A DNA stretch of 52,312 nucleotides from Chiloscyllium plagiosum. Taxonomy: Eukaryota. Position 1 is the first letter of the stretch; each line of letters begins with the position of its first letter. The stretch is taken from contig NC_057750.1 in the NCBI RefSeq assembly GCF_004010195.1, positions 6,512,898 through 6,565,209 on the forward strand, in the 5' to 3' direction. The position numbers were made by a program, and so were the translations under genes. Below are positions 22,801-35,271 of the stretch, piece after piece. The notes beneath the pieces were generated by a model. It had not been told where the DNA came from and did not search any database. It saw nothing but the letters and a program-made list of their open reading frames with translations.

Positions 22801-23682
22801 AAGGTGGGCACTTGTGATGCCAAGGTGATGCTGGGAAATGGGATTTGAGTGGGTTGGTGGTTTCTTTTGTCTGGGGCGGAGGTAATGGGTCATTTCCTCC
22901 CTCCGACTCTCCGGTGAACTCTCTGGTTCCCCGAAATCCATACATTTCTCCGACTATGCCCTCCCAGACCTTTCTGATTTTCGTTGCCCCCCCACCCCGG
23001 CCGTCCTCACTGGGCAGTCGTGGCTCTGGGTGGAATCTATCTCTGGAATTTCCTTCCCCAGATTCTCCCTCCCCCTCCTCCGTAGCCACTTGGAGAGCTC
23101 TCCCATCACGACACTCACTCAGTGACATTTTACAGGAGGCACCTTGAGAGGCTCCAGGGGACTATGTAAATGCAGTGCGTGGTTGTTGCTGGGTGGACTG
23201 ACCAGGAGAAAGCACCTTTCCTGTCACACCTACCTCCCCAGTAATCGCATGTGACCCACTGAACTTGGTGTCATTTTTCAGATCTGCCTCTTAAATCTTA
23301 CACGCACCCTGAATTTTTTCAGGCCGTGTGCTTGCACTGAGATGTTATCAGTTCTTGAACCCCTGTTATAAAGTTTGTGGTGTACCACTATTCTGTAAAA
23401 ACAAAGCCTTGCCGCGCATTTCTTAGAACTCAAGCTCGAGTGTATTTGCAACCACAAACCCAGATGAATTTGCTGACTCAGTTGTTCAGGTTTCTCCTGA
23501 TCACTCTAGCTCAGCTGTCAAGTGACAGAAATTAGCTGAAGTGTTCTCCGCCTTGTCCCGTTCGAAGAGAGATCTCACAACATCTCTGGAGCAACGGGGA
23601 GACATGCTATCCCTCTGCAGAGCAGCCCAGCAGATCCTACTACTCCCTCTCTATCCCAGCTTTACCTGCCGTGGGAAACATA

Positions 23683-23818
23683 GTGTGTGTGTCTGGTGTG
23701 TGAGAGTGTGAGTGAGTCTGTGTGTGAGTATGTGTGTGTGAGTGTGTGAGTGTAAGAGAGCGTGTGAGTGTGTGTGTGAGTGTTTGTGTGTGTGTGAGTC
23801 TGTGTGTGTGAGTGTAAG
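23683..23818. repeat. Complex (GT/GA)n microsatellite running into a gap
   Basis: gtgtgtgagt-type repeats. Confidence 0.9.
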
Positions 23819-24318
23819 NNNNNNNNNNNNNNNNNNNNNNNNNNNNNNNNNNNNNNNNNNNNNNNNNNNNNNNNNNNNNNNNNNNNNNNNNNNNNNNNNN
23901 NNNNNNNNNNNNNNNNNNNNNNNNNNNNNNNNNNNNNNNNNNNNNNNNNNNNNNNNNNNNNNNNNNNNNNNNNNNNNNNNNNNNNNNNNNNNNNNNNNNN
24001 NNNNNNNNNNNNNNNNNNNNNNNNNNNNNNNNNNNNNNNNNNNNNNNNNNNNNNNNNNNNNNNNNNNNNNNNNNNNNNNNNNNNNNNNNNNNNNNNNNNN
24101 NNNNNNNNNNNNNNNNNNNNNNNNNNNNNNNNNNNNNNNNNNNNNNNNNNNNNNNNNNNNNNNNNNNNNNNNNNNNNNNNNNNNNNNNNNNNNNNNNNNN
24201 NNNNNNNNNNNNNNNNNNNNNNNNNNNNNNNNNNNNNNNNNNNNNNNNNNNNNNNNNNNNNNNNNNNNNNNNNNNNNNNNNNNNNNNNNNNNNNNNNNNN
24301 NNNNNNNNNNNNNNNNNN
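23819..24318. other. Assembly gap (500 N)
   Basis: N run. Confidence 1.
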
Positions 24319-24729
24319 ACACACACAGTGAGTGATTGAAGAGAGAATGACAGGAAGCCCGTTATTGACTGAGCACTGGCCCAGTGCTTGTTTATTCAAT
24401 GCTCATTTTCGTCAGTCTGAGGAACAAAGGCTATTTGGAACGGTCGCGTTGGGTCAGTTCTGAAGCCCGTGTCAATTCCTGTGGCGAAGACAATGCTGTC
24501 TATTATCCAGCTTGATGTCACTGCGTGTGCCATTTACGAGGGAGTGTTGGTCTGGAGCCAGCAGATATCAGACAGTCTCCTGTGTGAGCCCGTGGTCGCC
24601 TCCTACAGGTCTCCACTCAACATGGCACCGAAGTCAACACGTCACAGAGAGATGGGTCTGTGGCTTTTAAGCTCTAAGCTCTCTCTCTCTCCGACAGAAT
24701 CTGCTGTGACCCATGGAAACATCGATAAT

Positions 24730-25720
24730 TGGAGTAGGCCATTTGGCCCTTCAATCCTGCTCTCCCATTCAATAGGATCATCGACTGGTCATCCAATTCG
24801 GTCCCCTGTTCCTGCATTCTCCCTCTGGATCCCTTTTGTCTTAAGAACTAAGCAAGAGAGGGCTGAGAAGAGATTGACCAAGATGTTGCCTGGAACAGAG
24901 GGCTTGAGTTTTAACGAGAGGTTGGGTAGGCCGAACCTCTTTTCTCTGAAGTTTAGGAGGTTCAGGGGTGACCTTATAGAGCTTTATGAGGGGCATAGGT
25001 CAGGTGAACAGCAAGGGTGAGGTGGGCGAGTTCAAGACTAGGGGGTATATTTTTAAGGTGAGGGGGGAAAGATTTTAAAAAGACATGAGGCTCAATTTTG
25101 TTTTACACAGAGAGTGGTTCGTGAACTTTCAGAGGAACGTGGTGGATGTGGGTACAATTACAATGTTTAAAAGACATTTGGAGAACGAGCTTTGAGAAGA
25201 TTTGTAGCTCAGGCTGAGGTGCTGGATGTAGGTTTGCTCGCTGAGCTGGAAGGTTCGTTTTTCAGATGTTTCGTCACCATACTAGGCAACATCTTTAGTG
25301 AGCTTTGGGATGTACATTTGGAGAAGTACATAAAGGGGAAAGGTTTGGAGGGATATGGGCGAGGAACAGACAGGTGGGACTAGTTGAGTTTGGGATTATG
25401 GTCAGCATGGACTGGTCGGACCGAAGGGTCTGTTTGCGTGCTGGGTGACTCTATGATTCTGTAATTATATCTAACTCCTTCTCAACGCTTTGTCCTCAAC
25501 TGCTTTCTAAGGTGGAGAATTACATCAAACTCTGAAGGTATTTCTCCCCATGTCAGTCCTAAACCCCGTATATTTAGACTGTGAGCCCCTGGTTTTGAAA
25601 GCACCATTCCGGCACTAACTCTGTTCAGTCCTCTATGAATTTTGTAGGTTTCTATGAGATTCTACCCCACTGGCCCCATTCTTTTAAACTCGAGTGAGTA
25701 TAATCCTAACTGACCCAGTC
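24730..25720. mobile_element. Nested CR1 fragments with an inverted Penelope family-2 terminus (about 25190-25305)
   Basis: RLTKMLPG.EGLSFNERLGR..FRRFRGDLIE; 25261-25302 is the reverse complement of the 6823-6864 hammerhead region. Confidence 0.7.
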
Positions 25721-25744
25721 TCTCTGCACATTAATCATTCAATC

Positions 25745-26125
25745 CATACAGTGTAGAAACAGGCCATTCGGCCCAACAAGTCCACACCGACCCTCCAAAG
25801 AGTAACCCACACAGACCCATTCCCCTGCCCTATGACTCTACATGTACCCCTGACTAATGCACCTAACTTATACATCCCTGGACACGATGGGACAATTCAG
25901 CACAGGCCAATCCACCCTAACCTGCACATCCCTGGGCACTATGGGACAATTTAGCATGGCCAATCCACCCTAACCTGCACATCTTTGGACTGTGGTAAGA
26001 AACCGGAGCTCCCGGAGGAAACCCACACAGACACGAGGAGAATGTGAAAACTCCACACAGACAGTCGCCCGAGGGTGTTATCGAACCCGGGTCTCTGGCG
26101 TCGTGAGGCAGCGGTGCTAACCACT
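25745..26125 (-). mobile_element. HE1 SINE with 2-3 copies of the 53-bp unit
   Basis: Head, V-domain, repeated ggccaatccaccctaacctgcacatc, and tail. Confidence 0.85.
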
Positions 26126-27078
26126 GGTCAGTGTTGAATGTGTCTGGTAAACCATCTCTCCATTGCCAAAGGATCCTTCCTCAGATCATGAGGCTTGGAT
26201 GTGTAATGCTGTGGCCAATCCACTAGCAGGTTGTGTGTTCGAATCCCAGCCCGGGGAGTGGAGCGCAGAGATCAAGTCAGTGTGGTGCAGAGGGAGTGCC
26301 GCATTGTTGGGGTGCCTCCTGTAAGGCAATGTGTCGAACCTGCCCTCTCTCTCTCCCGCTCGGCAAATATTGAAACAACACCAAATTCCCCGGGCAGAGC
26401 CCTGGCGCCTTGAACGTTTCAAAATTAAACACTGGTTCGGGAAATGTGCAAACCGCGCGGTACGTTGACGCCGGTCCCTCCCTCTGCAAGGAAGAGGAAA
26501 GGGACACTGGGGATGGGGGGCGAATGGCAAGACCCTGATGATCCTGCGGCTGCTTGTGGGATCTTGCTGTGCGGCGCTCATCAGCTGTTTCCTCCCCACC
26601 ACCCCCGGCCATTTCGACCCTTTGGGAAGAATCTCACTCTCCCCGCAAGGGCATGCCTGAGGAGGTGGGAGGCGCTACAGGAGTGCAGGTCCCTCTCGCC
26701 TCACTATCTCTCCCCTCCCCCCACCTCCCCCCAGGCCTTGCCCTCATTCTCCGGGGCAGGCAGGAACTGGTGTGTGGTGTGGCCAGGCAACTAACCGCGG
26801 GTCATACAGGATCCAGACCGGCCTGACTCTGCAGGGTGTGGAACGGACTGGGAAGTGGCAGTGGATAGAGATAAACTTCCTCATCCAGGGATCACCAAGT
26901 GGGACAGGAAACAGGCCTCAAGGCCAGGATGCGTCATCTGTGTCAATGGCAATGTTTTGCCCCTCGGAGCAGACGCATAGAAAATAAACAGAGGACAACA
27001 AAACCGTTCCGCATCGTGGTGAACAACACCACGGCTTCTCTCTTTCTCTCTGAGAGAGAGAGAGAGAGAGAGAAACAC

Positions 27079-27954
27079 NNNNNNNNNNNNNNNNNNNNNN
27101 NNNNNNNNNNNNNNNNNNNNNNNNNNNNNNNNNNNNNNNNNNNNNNNNNNNNNNNNNNNNNNNNNNNNNNNNNNNNNNNNNNNNNNNNNNNNNNNNNNNN
27201 NNNNNNNNNNNNNNNNNNNNNNNNNNNNNNNNNNNNNNNNNNNNNNNNNNNNNNNNNNNNNNNNNNNNNNNNNNNNNNNNNNNNNNNNNNNNNNNNNNNN
27301 NNNNNNNNNNNNNNNNNNNNNNNNNNNNNNNNNNNNNNNNNNNNNNNNNNNNNNNNNNNNNNNNNNNNNNNNNNNNNNNNNNNNNNNNNNNNNNNNNNNN
27401 NNNNNNNNNNNNNNNNNNNNNNNNNNNNNNNNNNNNNNNNNNNNNNNNNNNNNNNNNNNNNNNNNNNNNNNNNNNNNNNNNNNNNNNNNNNNNNNNNNNN
27501 NNNNNNNNNNNNNNNNNNNNNNNNNNNNNNNNNNNNNNNNNNNNNNNNNNNNNNNNNNNNNNNNNNNNNNNNNNNNNNNNNNNNNNNNNNNNNNNNNNNN
27601 NNNNNNNNNNNNNNNNNNNNNNNNNNNNNNNNNNNNNNNNNNNNNNNNNNNNNNNNNNNNNNNNNNNNNNNNNNNNNNNNNNNNNNNNNNNNNNNNNNNN
27701 NNNNNNNNNNNNNNNNNNNNNNNNNNNNNNNNNNNNNNNNNNNNNNNNNNNNNNNNNNNNNNNNNNNNNNNNNNNNNNNNNNNNNNNNNNNNNNNNNNNN
27801 NNNNNNNNNNNNNNNNNNNNNNNNNNNNNNNNNNNNNNNNNNNNNNNNNNNNNNNNNNNNNNNNNNNNNNNNNNNNNNNNNNNNNNNNNNNNNNNNNNNN
27901 NNNNNNNNNNNNNNNNNNNNNNNNNNNNNNNNNNNNNNNNNNNNNNNNNNNNNN
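27079..27954. other. Assembly gap (876 N) after a (GA)n tract
   Basis: N run. Confidence 1.
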
Positions 27955-28266
27955 GGGGAGTCCAGAACTAGAGGGCATAGGTTTAGGGTGAGAGGAGAAA
28001 GATATAAAAGAGACCTAAGGGGCAACTTTTTCACACAGAGGGTGGTACGTGTATGGAATGAGCTGCCAGAGGAAGAGGTGGAGGCTGGTACAATTACAGC
28101 GTTTAAAAGGCATCTGGATGGGTATATGAATAGGAAGGGATTAGAGGGATATGGGCCGGGTGCTGGCAGGTGAGACTAGATTAGGTTGGGATATCTGGTC
28201 GGCATGGACGGGTTGGATCGAAGGGTCTGTTTCCGTGCTGTACCTCTCTATGACTTTAAGACTCTA
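27955..28266 (+). mobile_element. CR1-clade (HER1-like) LINE 3' end
   Basis: GESRTRGHRFRVRGERYKRDLRGNFFTQRVVRVWNELPEE. Confidence 0.9.
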
Positions 28267-28289
28267 CATGTGTCAATGGTGATTGCCTC

Positions 28290-28810
28290 AATGCAGCGCC
28301 AAGAGAGCACCACACCATTGGAGGCATTGACTTCCGGGTGAAAGGTTACATTAAAGCCCAACGTTCTCCCTTGAGGTACAAGGCCTTATTTGGAAGGAGA
28401 CCAGTGAAGATCTCCCCAGGGTGTTGACCAATCATTAACTTCACAGTAACAGGTGATCTGGTCATTCTCACGTTGCTGTTGGGGAAGCATGGTGGCTCAG
28501 TGGTTAGCACTGCTCCCTCACAGTGCCAGGGACCCGGGTTCGATTTGTACGTTCTCCCCGTGTCTGCGTGGGTTTGCTCCGGTTTCCTACCACAATCTAA
28601 AGGTGTGCAGGTTAGGGTGGATTGGCCATGGGAAATTGCCCCATAGTGTCCAGGGATGTGCAGGATAGGTGATTAGTCATGGCTAAATATAGGGTAGGGG
28701 GAATGGGTCTGGGTGGGTTACTGGAAGGGTTGGTGCTGACTTGTTGGGCTGAAGGGCCTCTTTGCACACCATGATTCTGTTTGTGGGAGATTAGTACATA
28801 TGAATTGGCA
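28290..28810 (+). mobile_element. Old SINE relic (possibly Deu-domain/SacSINE1-like) interrupted by an HE1 copy at 28484-28778
   Basis: tctccccagggtgttgaccaat..gatctggtcattctcacgttgctgt|HE1|ttgtgggagat; a similar relic lies at about 26230-26580. The family name is from memory. Confidence 0.45.
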
Positions 28811-29169
28811 CCTTCATGACCCACACTCAAGCAACAAAGAAACCAGAATAGGCCATTCAGTCCATCCAGCCATTCTAGATCATCTCCTCAAAGCCGTTCA
28901 TAGTGTTTTAATGCATGTTAAGAGGCCCTTCAGCCCATCGTTTTGTGCTGGTCACTGTTATACCATTGTGGCTGGATCATCTGGTGCCAATCTCTCTCGC
29001 CTTCCCCCCGCCCCATGACCCCACTCACCATTACTATCCAAAAGGAACCATCCAATGCCCTTCCTGAATGGCCTCAATGGAACCTGCCCCTTCCACGTTT
29101 CCAGGCAGCACTCTGCAGACCTTCACTGCTCGTTAGGTGCCTCATGTTGCCTTTGGGTTTTTTGGCGAA

Positions 29170-29390
29170 GTGGGTACTGCAGATGCTGGAGATCAGAGCT
29201 TAAAAATGTGTTGCTGGAAAAGCGCAGCAGGTCAGGCAGCATCAAAGGAGCAGGAGAATCGACGTTTCGGGCATTAGCCCTTCTTCAGGAGATTAGAGTC
29301 AAGATTAGAGTGGTGCTGGAAAAGCACAGCAGGTCAGGCAGCATCCGAGGAGCAGGAGAGTTTCAGGTAAGAGCCCTTCATCAAGAAGGG
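29170..29390 (-). mobile_element. Two tandem Penelope-like terminal fragments, including the best-preserved hammerhead core
   Basis: On the - strand at 29288-29261: CTGAAGA-A-GGGC-TAAT-GCCC-GAAACGTC. Confidence 0.7.
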
Positions 29391-29928
29391 TTAGTTCAGG
29401 CAGTTAGAGCATGGTGCCAATAATACCAAGGTTGTGGGTTCAAACCCCAGACTAACCAAGCATAGCACAGCCGTTTGCAATGTCAAAGTTGGTCTTTGAC
29501 TTTTTTTGGACCATCCCTCTCATTGGGTACCCTTCTTGCCTTGTTTCCTTTGATAAGCAGGGGTAGCTTCTCTCTGTTCACTCTATCCGACCCACTCCTG
29601 AGTTTGAAAACCTCGGTCAGGTCTCCCCTTGGCCTTCTTCTGTCAATCTAGCCCCGTCGCTGAATAGGGACCGTGAGCCATTAAACGCTTGGCTCAGAAC
29701 AGAAAGCGCTGCCCCCTTGTGGCAGTGGTGGGGCAGGGTGTTGGCGAGGGAGATTGCAGGTCGTTTGAGGGAACAGGGGGGTTTATATTTAGGGATGAGG
29801 GAGCTCTCTTCCACATAGGTCATTGCCGGCTCCAACCCAGGTATTCTGCGTGTGGTTGACAGGTGCCTCATACACTCACAGTGTTATCCTTACATGGACA
29901 ACGCACCGCAAGGCCACGCAACCAATCA

Positions 29929-31135
29929 CAGCACAGTGGCTCAGTGGTTAGCACTGTTGCCTCACAGCGCCAGGGACTAAGGTTCGATTCCAGCCTCAGG
30001 CTGTGTGGGGTTTGTGCGGGTCCCCTCCGGGTGCTCCGCTTTCCTCCCTTAGTCCAAAGATGTACAGGTTAGGGTGGATTTGGGTTGGCCATGCTAAATT
30101 GTCCCGTATGCCCAGGGATGTGCAGGTTAGGGTGGATTGTCCGTGCTAAATTGTCCCATAGTGCCCAGGGATGTGCAGGTTAGGGTGGATTGTCCGTGCT
30201 AAATTGTCCCCATAGTGCCCAGGGATGTGCACGTTAGGGTGGATTGGCCGTGCTAAATTGTCCCGTAGTGTACAGAGATGTACAGGTTAGGGTGGATTGG
30301 CCATGCTAAATTGTCCCAGGGTATCCAGGGATGTGCAGGTTAGGGTGGATTGGCCGTGCTAAATTGTCCCATAGTGCCCGCGGATGTTCAGGTTAGGGTG
30401 GATTGGCCATGCTAAATTATCCCATAGTGTCCAGGGATGTGTAGGTTAGGGTGGATTGGCCGTGCTAAATTGTCCCATAGTGTCAAGGGATATGCAGGTT
30501 AGGGTGGATTGGCCATGCTAAATTGTCCCGTAGTGCCCAGGGATGTGCAGGTTAGGGTGGATTGGCCATGCTAAATTGTCCCATAGTGCCCAGGGATGTG
30601 CAGTTTAGGGTGGATTGGCCATGTTAATTGTCCCATAGTGCCCAGGGATGTGTAGGTTAGGGTGGATTGGCCATGTTAATTGTCCCATAGTGCCCAGGGA
30701 TGTGCAGGTTAGGGTGGATTGGCCGTGGACATTAGAACGTAGAATAGTACAGCACAGGAAGAAGCACTTTGGCCCACGATCTTGTGCTGAACATTACGCC
30801 AAACGAAACTAATCCCTTCTGCCTGCCTGTGGTCCATATCGCTCCATGCCTTCCATATTCATTGCTTATCTAAAAGTCCCTTAAATGTCCCCATTGTATG
30901 TTCCTCCACCACCACCCCTGTCAGTGTGTTCCACTCTCTGTGTAAAAATAACTTGGCCCTCACATCTCCTTTGAACTTTCACCTGAAATGCATGCCCCCT
31001 AGTTTTATGTCATTCCAACTCTGGGAAATCTGTGCAGGTTAGGTGGATTGCCCATGGGGATAGCAGGGGTTGTAAGGGTGGGAATGCTCTTCAGTGTTGG
31101 GCCGAATGGCCTGACTCCACACTGTGGGGAATTCT
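29929..31135 (+). mobile_element. HE1 SINE with about 12-13 copies of the 53-bp unit (30059-30727), split by a CR1 fragment (about 30728-31030, -)
   Basis: Head cagcacagtggctcagtggttagcactg, array, then the HE1 tail resumes at about 31031. Confidence 0.85.
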
Positions 31136-31849
31136 CTGAAGCAGAATCTGGAAACAGCAGCTGACCGGGGAACTCTGTAAATACTGAGAGGCAGTATTAA
31201 TGCTAACATCATGAGGGTGACTGTAAGTCTGCAGAATGACCTCAATACTTACTCCCCCCCACCCCTGACTTTTTCCTTGAACTAATTAAAGCTTCAAAAC
31301 ACAATAAAATGGCTGCCAAAGATATTTTTTCCCACCGCTCAACACCTCATTGTTATGAAGTATTTTTCGAGCCAATGCTCACTCTGCTCATGTTGACTGT
31401 AAAGAGCTTTTTAATGACCTTTGGATTCTTTAATCTCTTCCTGATTTTGCTGTTTTAACCTTCATGGGTCCTTGCTTGTTTGTTTAATGAATGCAGTTGA
31501 TGACGTCGGGTCTCAGACATAGGTGTCAACTTTTGGACCGTCTCAAATCTCAATCTGAGGCCTCCCTCACCCGTCCCAGCCACAACTTGTCTCGATGTGG
31601 TAGCCCATTCGTCTCGGGGTGCAGTGTGTTTTTATGACTTCCCAAAGACCCTTCCCCCCCCCACCCCATCTGTTTACCATGGCTGTCCCGACCGTGAGCC
31701 TTCTTCATGTGTGGGTATGGGTGGGCTATTCGACAGGGGAAGCCATCGTGGACAAGCTGCTATCGAGCACCTGACTCGTTTGGTGACAACCGGCCAACAG
31801 CGCTGGACTCTGACTCACGCAAGGTGACCTGAAGGAACAAGCCGTAGAC

Positions 31850-32710
31850 TCATACAGCGCGGAAACAGACCCTTTGCCCTGACCAACCCAACGCTGACCA
31901 ATCTGAGGGATGGTCACCGGACCTGAAACATTAACTCTGATTTCTCTCAGCTGCCAGACCTGCTGAGTTTTTCCAGCAACATCTGTTTTCATTTTATCCC
32001 AAACTAAACTAGTCCCACCTGCCTGCTCCTGGCTCATATCCCTCCAAAAATTTCCTATTCATGTACTTTTCCAAATGTCTTTTAAATGTTGTAACTGTCC
32101 CCATAGGTATGGGACTAGATTGGGTTGGGATATCTCGTTGGCACGGACAAGTTGGACTGAAGAGTCTGTTTCTGTGCTGTACAGCTCTGTGCCTGTACGA
32201 CTTCCTCTGGGGGTTCATTTGACACATGAGCCATATCTTTTTTAAATCTCTCTCTTCACACGTTAAAAATGTACCCTCTGGTCTTGAAATCCCTCATTTT
32301 AGAGAAAATACACCTCCCATTAACCCTATCTTTACCCCTCATTATTTTATAAACTTCTATCAGGTTGGCTCTCAACCTCCTACACTTGAGCGAGAAAGGT
32401 CTCGGCCTACCCAGCCTTTCTTTATAACTCAGCCAGGGGCCTGGGTTCACGTTGGAGCGACAGGGAGAGGCTGAAGAGGCTGGGGCTGTTTTCCCTGGAG
32501 CGTCGGAGGCTGAGGGGGTGACCTTATCGAGGTTTATAAAATCATGAGGGGCATGGATAGGATAAATAGACAAAGTCTCTTCCCCAGGGTGGGGGAGACC
32601 AGAACTAGAGGGCATAGGTTTAGAGTGAGAGGGGAAAGGTATAAAAGAGACCTAAGGGGCAACGTTTTCATACAGAGGGTGGTACGGGTATGGAATGAGC
32701 TGCCAGAGGA
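31850..32710. mobile_element. CR1-clade LINE fragments in both orientations
   Basis: RRLRGDLIEVYKIMRGMDRINRQSLFPRVGETRTRG. Confidence 0.8.
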
Positions 32711-33207
32711 NNNNNNNNNNNNNNNNNNNNNNNNNNNNNNNNNNNNNNNNNNNNNNNNNNNNNNNNNNNNNNNNNNNNNNNNNNNNNNNNNNNNNNNNNN
32801 NNNNNNNNNNNNNNNNNNNNNNNNNNNNNNNNNNNNNNNNNNNNNNNNNNNNNNNNNNNNNNNNNNNNNNNNNNNNNNNNNNNNNNNNNNNNNNNNNNNN
32901 NNNNNNNNNNNNNNNNNNNNNNNNNNNNNNNNNNNNNNNNNNNNNNNNNNNNNNNNNNNNNNNNNNNNNNNNNNNNNNNNNNNNNNNNNNNNNNNNNNNN
33001 NNNNNNNNNNNNNNNNNNNNNNNNNNNNNNNNNNNNNNNNNNNNNNNNNNNNNNNNNNNNNNNNNNNNNNNNNNNNNNNNNNNNNNNNNNNNNNNNNNNN
33101 NNNNNNNNNNNNNNNNNNNNNNNNNNNNNNNNNNNNNNNNNNNNNNNNNNNNNNNNNNNNNNNNNNNNNNNNNNNNNNNNNNNNNNNNNNNNNNNNNNNN
33201 NNNNNNN
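32711..33207. other. Assembly gap (497 N)
   Basis: N run. Confidence 1.
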
Positions 33208-33639
33208 GGGGGTGGGGAGTGGTGGAGGGGAGCGAGCAGTGTGTTTTTATGACTTCCCAAGGACCCTTCCCCCGCCCCATTTGCTTCCCATGGCTGTCCC
33301 AACCGTGAGCCTTCATGTATGGGCATGAGTGGGCTATTCGACAGGGGAAGCCATCGTAGGCAAGCTGCCATCGAGCACCTGTGGGTGACTCGTTTGGTTT
33401 TCTGACTGACTGCTTCAGTTTTGCGCGATAGTGGATCCCATATGGAACATTTCTGGGGAATGCTAGATAAACACGCAAGGGACTCAGGAGGCCATGTTAA
33501 TTGGATGGGATGATATAAAGTGCAAGGATTATGCCAGAGGGCATATTCTTAGAGATGGGGACGATCTCCTGGTCTCTAACGGGGGTGGATCTGTGCCATT
33601 CTATCATAATAGTTGAACTTGATAGAGGGCCAGGCGAGG

Positions 33640-34790
33640 TGATAGCCTGAGGTATCAAGGCTATATTCAACCGAGTGTGGCATCAAGGAGCCCTGGCGAA
33701 ACTGGAATCAATGAGCATCAGGGGGCACACTCTCCATTGGTTGTAGTCATACACGGCACATAGGAAGATGGTCGTGGTTGTTGGAGGTCAGTCCTCTCAG
33801 CTCCAGGACATCTCTGCAGGAGTTCCTCAGGTTAGTGTCCTCGGCCCAACCATCTCCAGCTGCTCCACCATAAGGTCAGACGTGGGGATGTTCAATGATG
33901 ATCGCCCAATGTTCAGCACCATTCACGACTCTCTCAGATACTGAAGCAGTCCATGTTCAAATGCAGCAAGATCTGGACAATATCCAGGCTTGGGCCGACA
34001 AGTGGCAAGTAACATTCACACCACACAAATGCCAGGCTCTGACCATCAACAATAAGAGACAACCTGACCACTGCCCCTTGATAGTGAATGGTATAACCAT
34101 CACTTAATCCCCCACTGTCAACATCCTGGGGGTTTCCAGAAATTGAACTGGACCTACCACATAAACACGGTGGCTACAAGAGCAGATCAGACTGTATACT
34201 GCAGCGAGTAACTCCCCTCCTGACTCCTCAAAGTCTGTCCCACCATCTACAAGGCACAAGTCAGGAGGGTGATGGAATACTCCCCACTTGCCCTGGATGG
34301 GGGCAGCTCCAACAACACTCAAGAAGCTCAACACCATCCAGGGACAAAGCAGCCCCTCGCTTGATTGGCACCACATCCACAAACACCCACTGCCTCCCCC
34401 ACCGACGCTCAGTAGCAGCAGTGTGGACCGACTACAAGATACACTGCATAAATTCATCAAAGATCCTCAGGCAGGCAAACCCACGGCCACTTCCATCTCG
34501 AAGGACAAGGGGCAGCAGATACATGGGAACACCACCCCCTGCAAATTGATTTGACCAACTCAAAATCAAAATTAAAAAAAACCTCCCCTCTGAGCCACTG
34601 ACTATCCTGACTTGGAAATATGGCTCCTTCAGTGTTGGGTCAAAATCCTGGAATTCCCTCATGAAGGATAATGTGGGTCAACCCACAGCACACGGACTGC
34701 AGCGGGTACAGAAGGCAGCTCACCCCCACCTTCTCAAGGACGGGCAATAAACATTGGGCCCAGCAAATGACATGCCACGCTGAAATGTTT
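33640..34790 (+). mobile_element. LINE (CR1/L2 group) reverse-transcriptase fragment to 3' end
   Basis: IKAIFNRVWHQGALAKLESM..VVGGQSSQLQDISAGVPQVSVLGPTI..MQQDLDNIQAWADKWQVTFTPHKCQ. Confidence 0.85.
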
Positions 34791-35271
34791 AAATAAAGAA
34801 TGTTTGGCACTTAGCCAGTGATAACGAGATTATTGTATAACAGCTCAGGCCTAAATCTCTGAGTATTTTTTGGTTTCTGACAGGCATGCCCCCTACCCCT
34901 CTCAAACCGCCCAATTAGCAGCGATCCCTATGGATTGGAAGGCATCTGCGGGGGCAAATCCAGAATCAAATTGTCTGAGTCGAAGTCGGTGAGCAGGGAG
35001 CATGTTCACTCTGTGTTTTGGAGAGCTGATGGAAAAATACACAAGACGGAAATACCCGGCAGTGAGATAAACATGATTATCATCTGAAAATGCTTGCACA
35101 CAATGCTGGCCCTGCAGTTCGGAAGAATGAGGGTGGATTAAGTGATTCGTGTTATGAATGAAGTCAGATAGCCCTTGGTCAAGGTTCAAAATAACTCGGC
35201 CCCTCAGGAAATTCTGCAGATTTAACTCCATCAGGTACCAACACAAAGCGTGGGCTCAAAGAAGCTCTGAG

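Noticed and set aside
30059..30727. Interstitial telomere
   Set aside because: TTAGGG occurs once per 53-bp unit, not as tandem hexamers.
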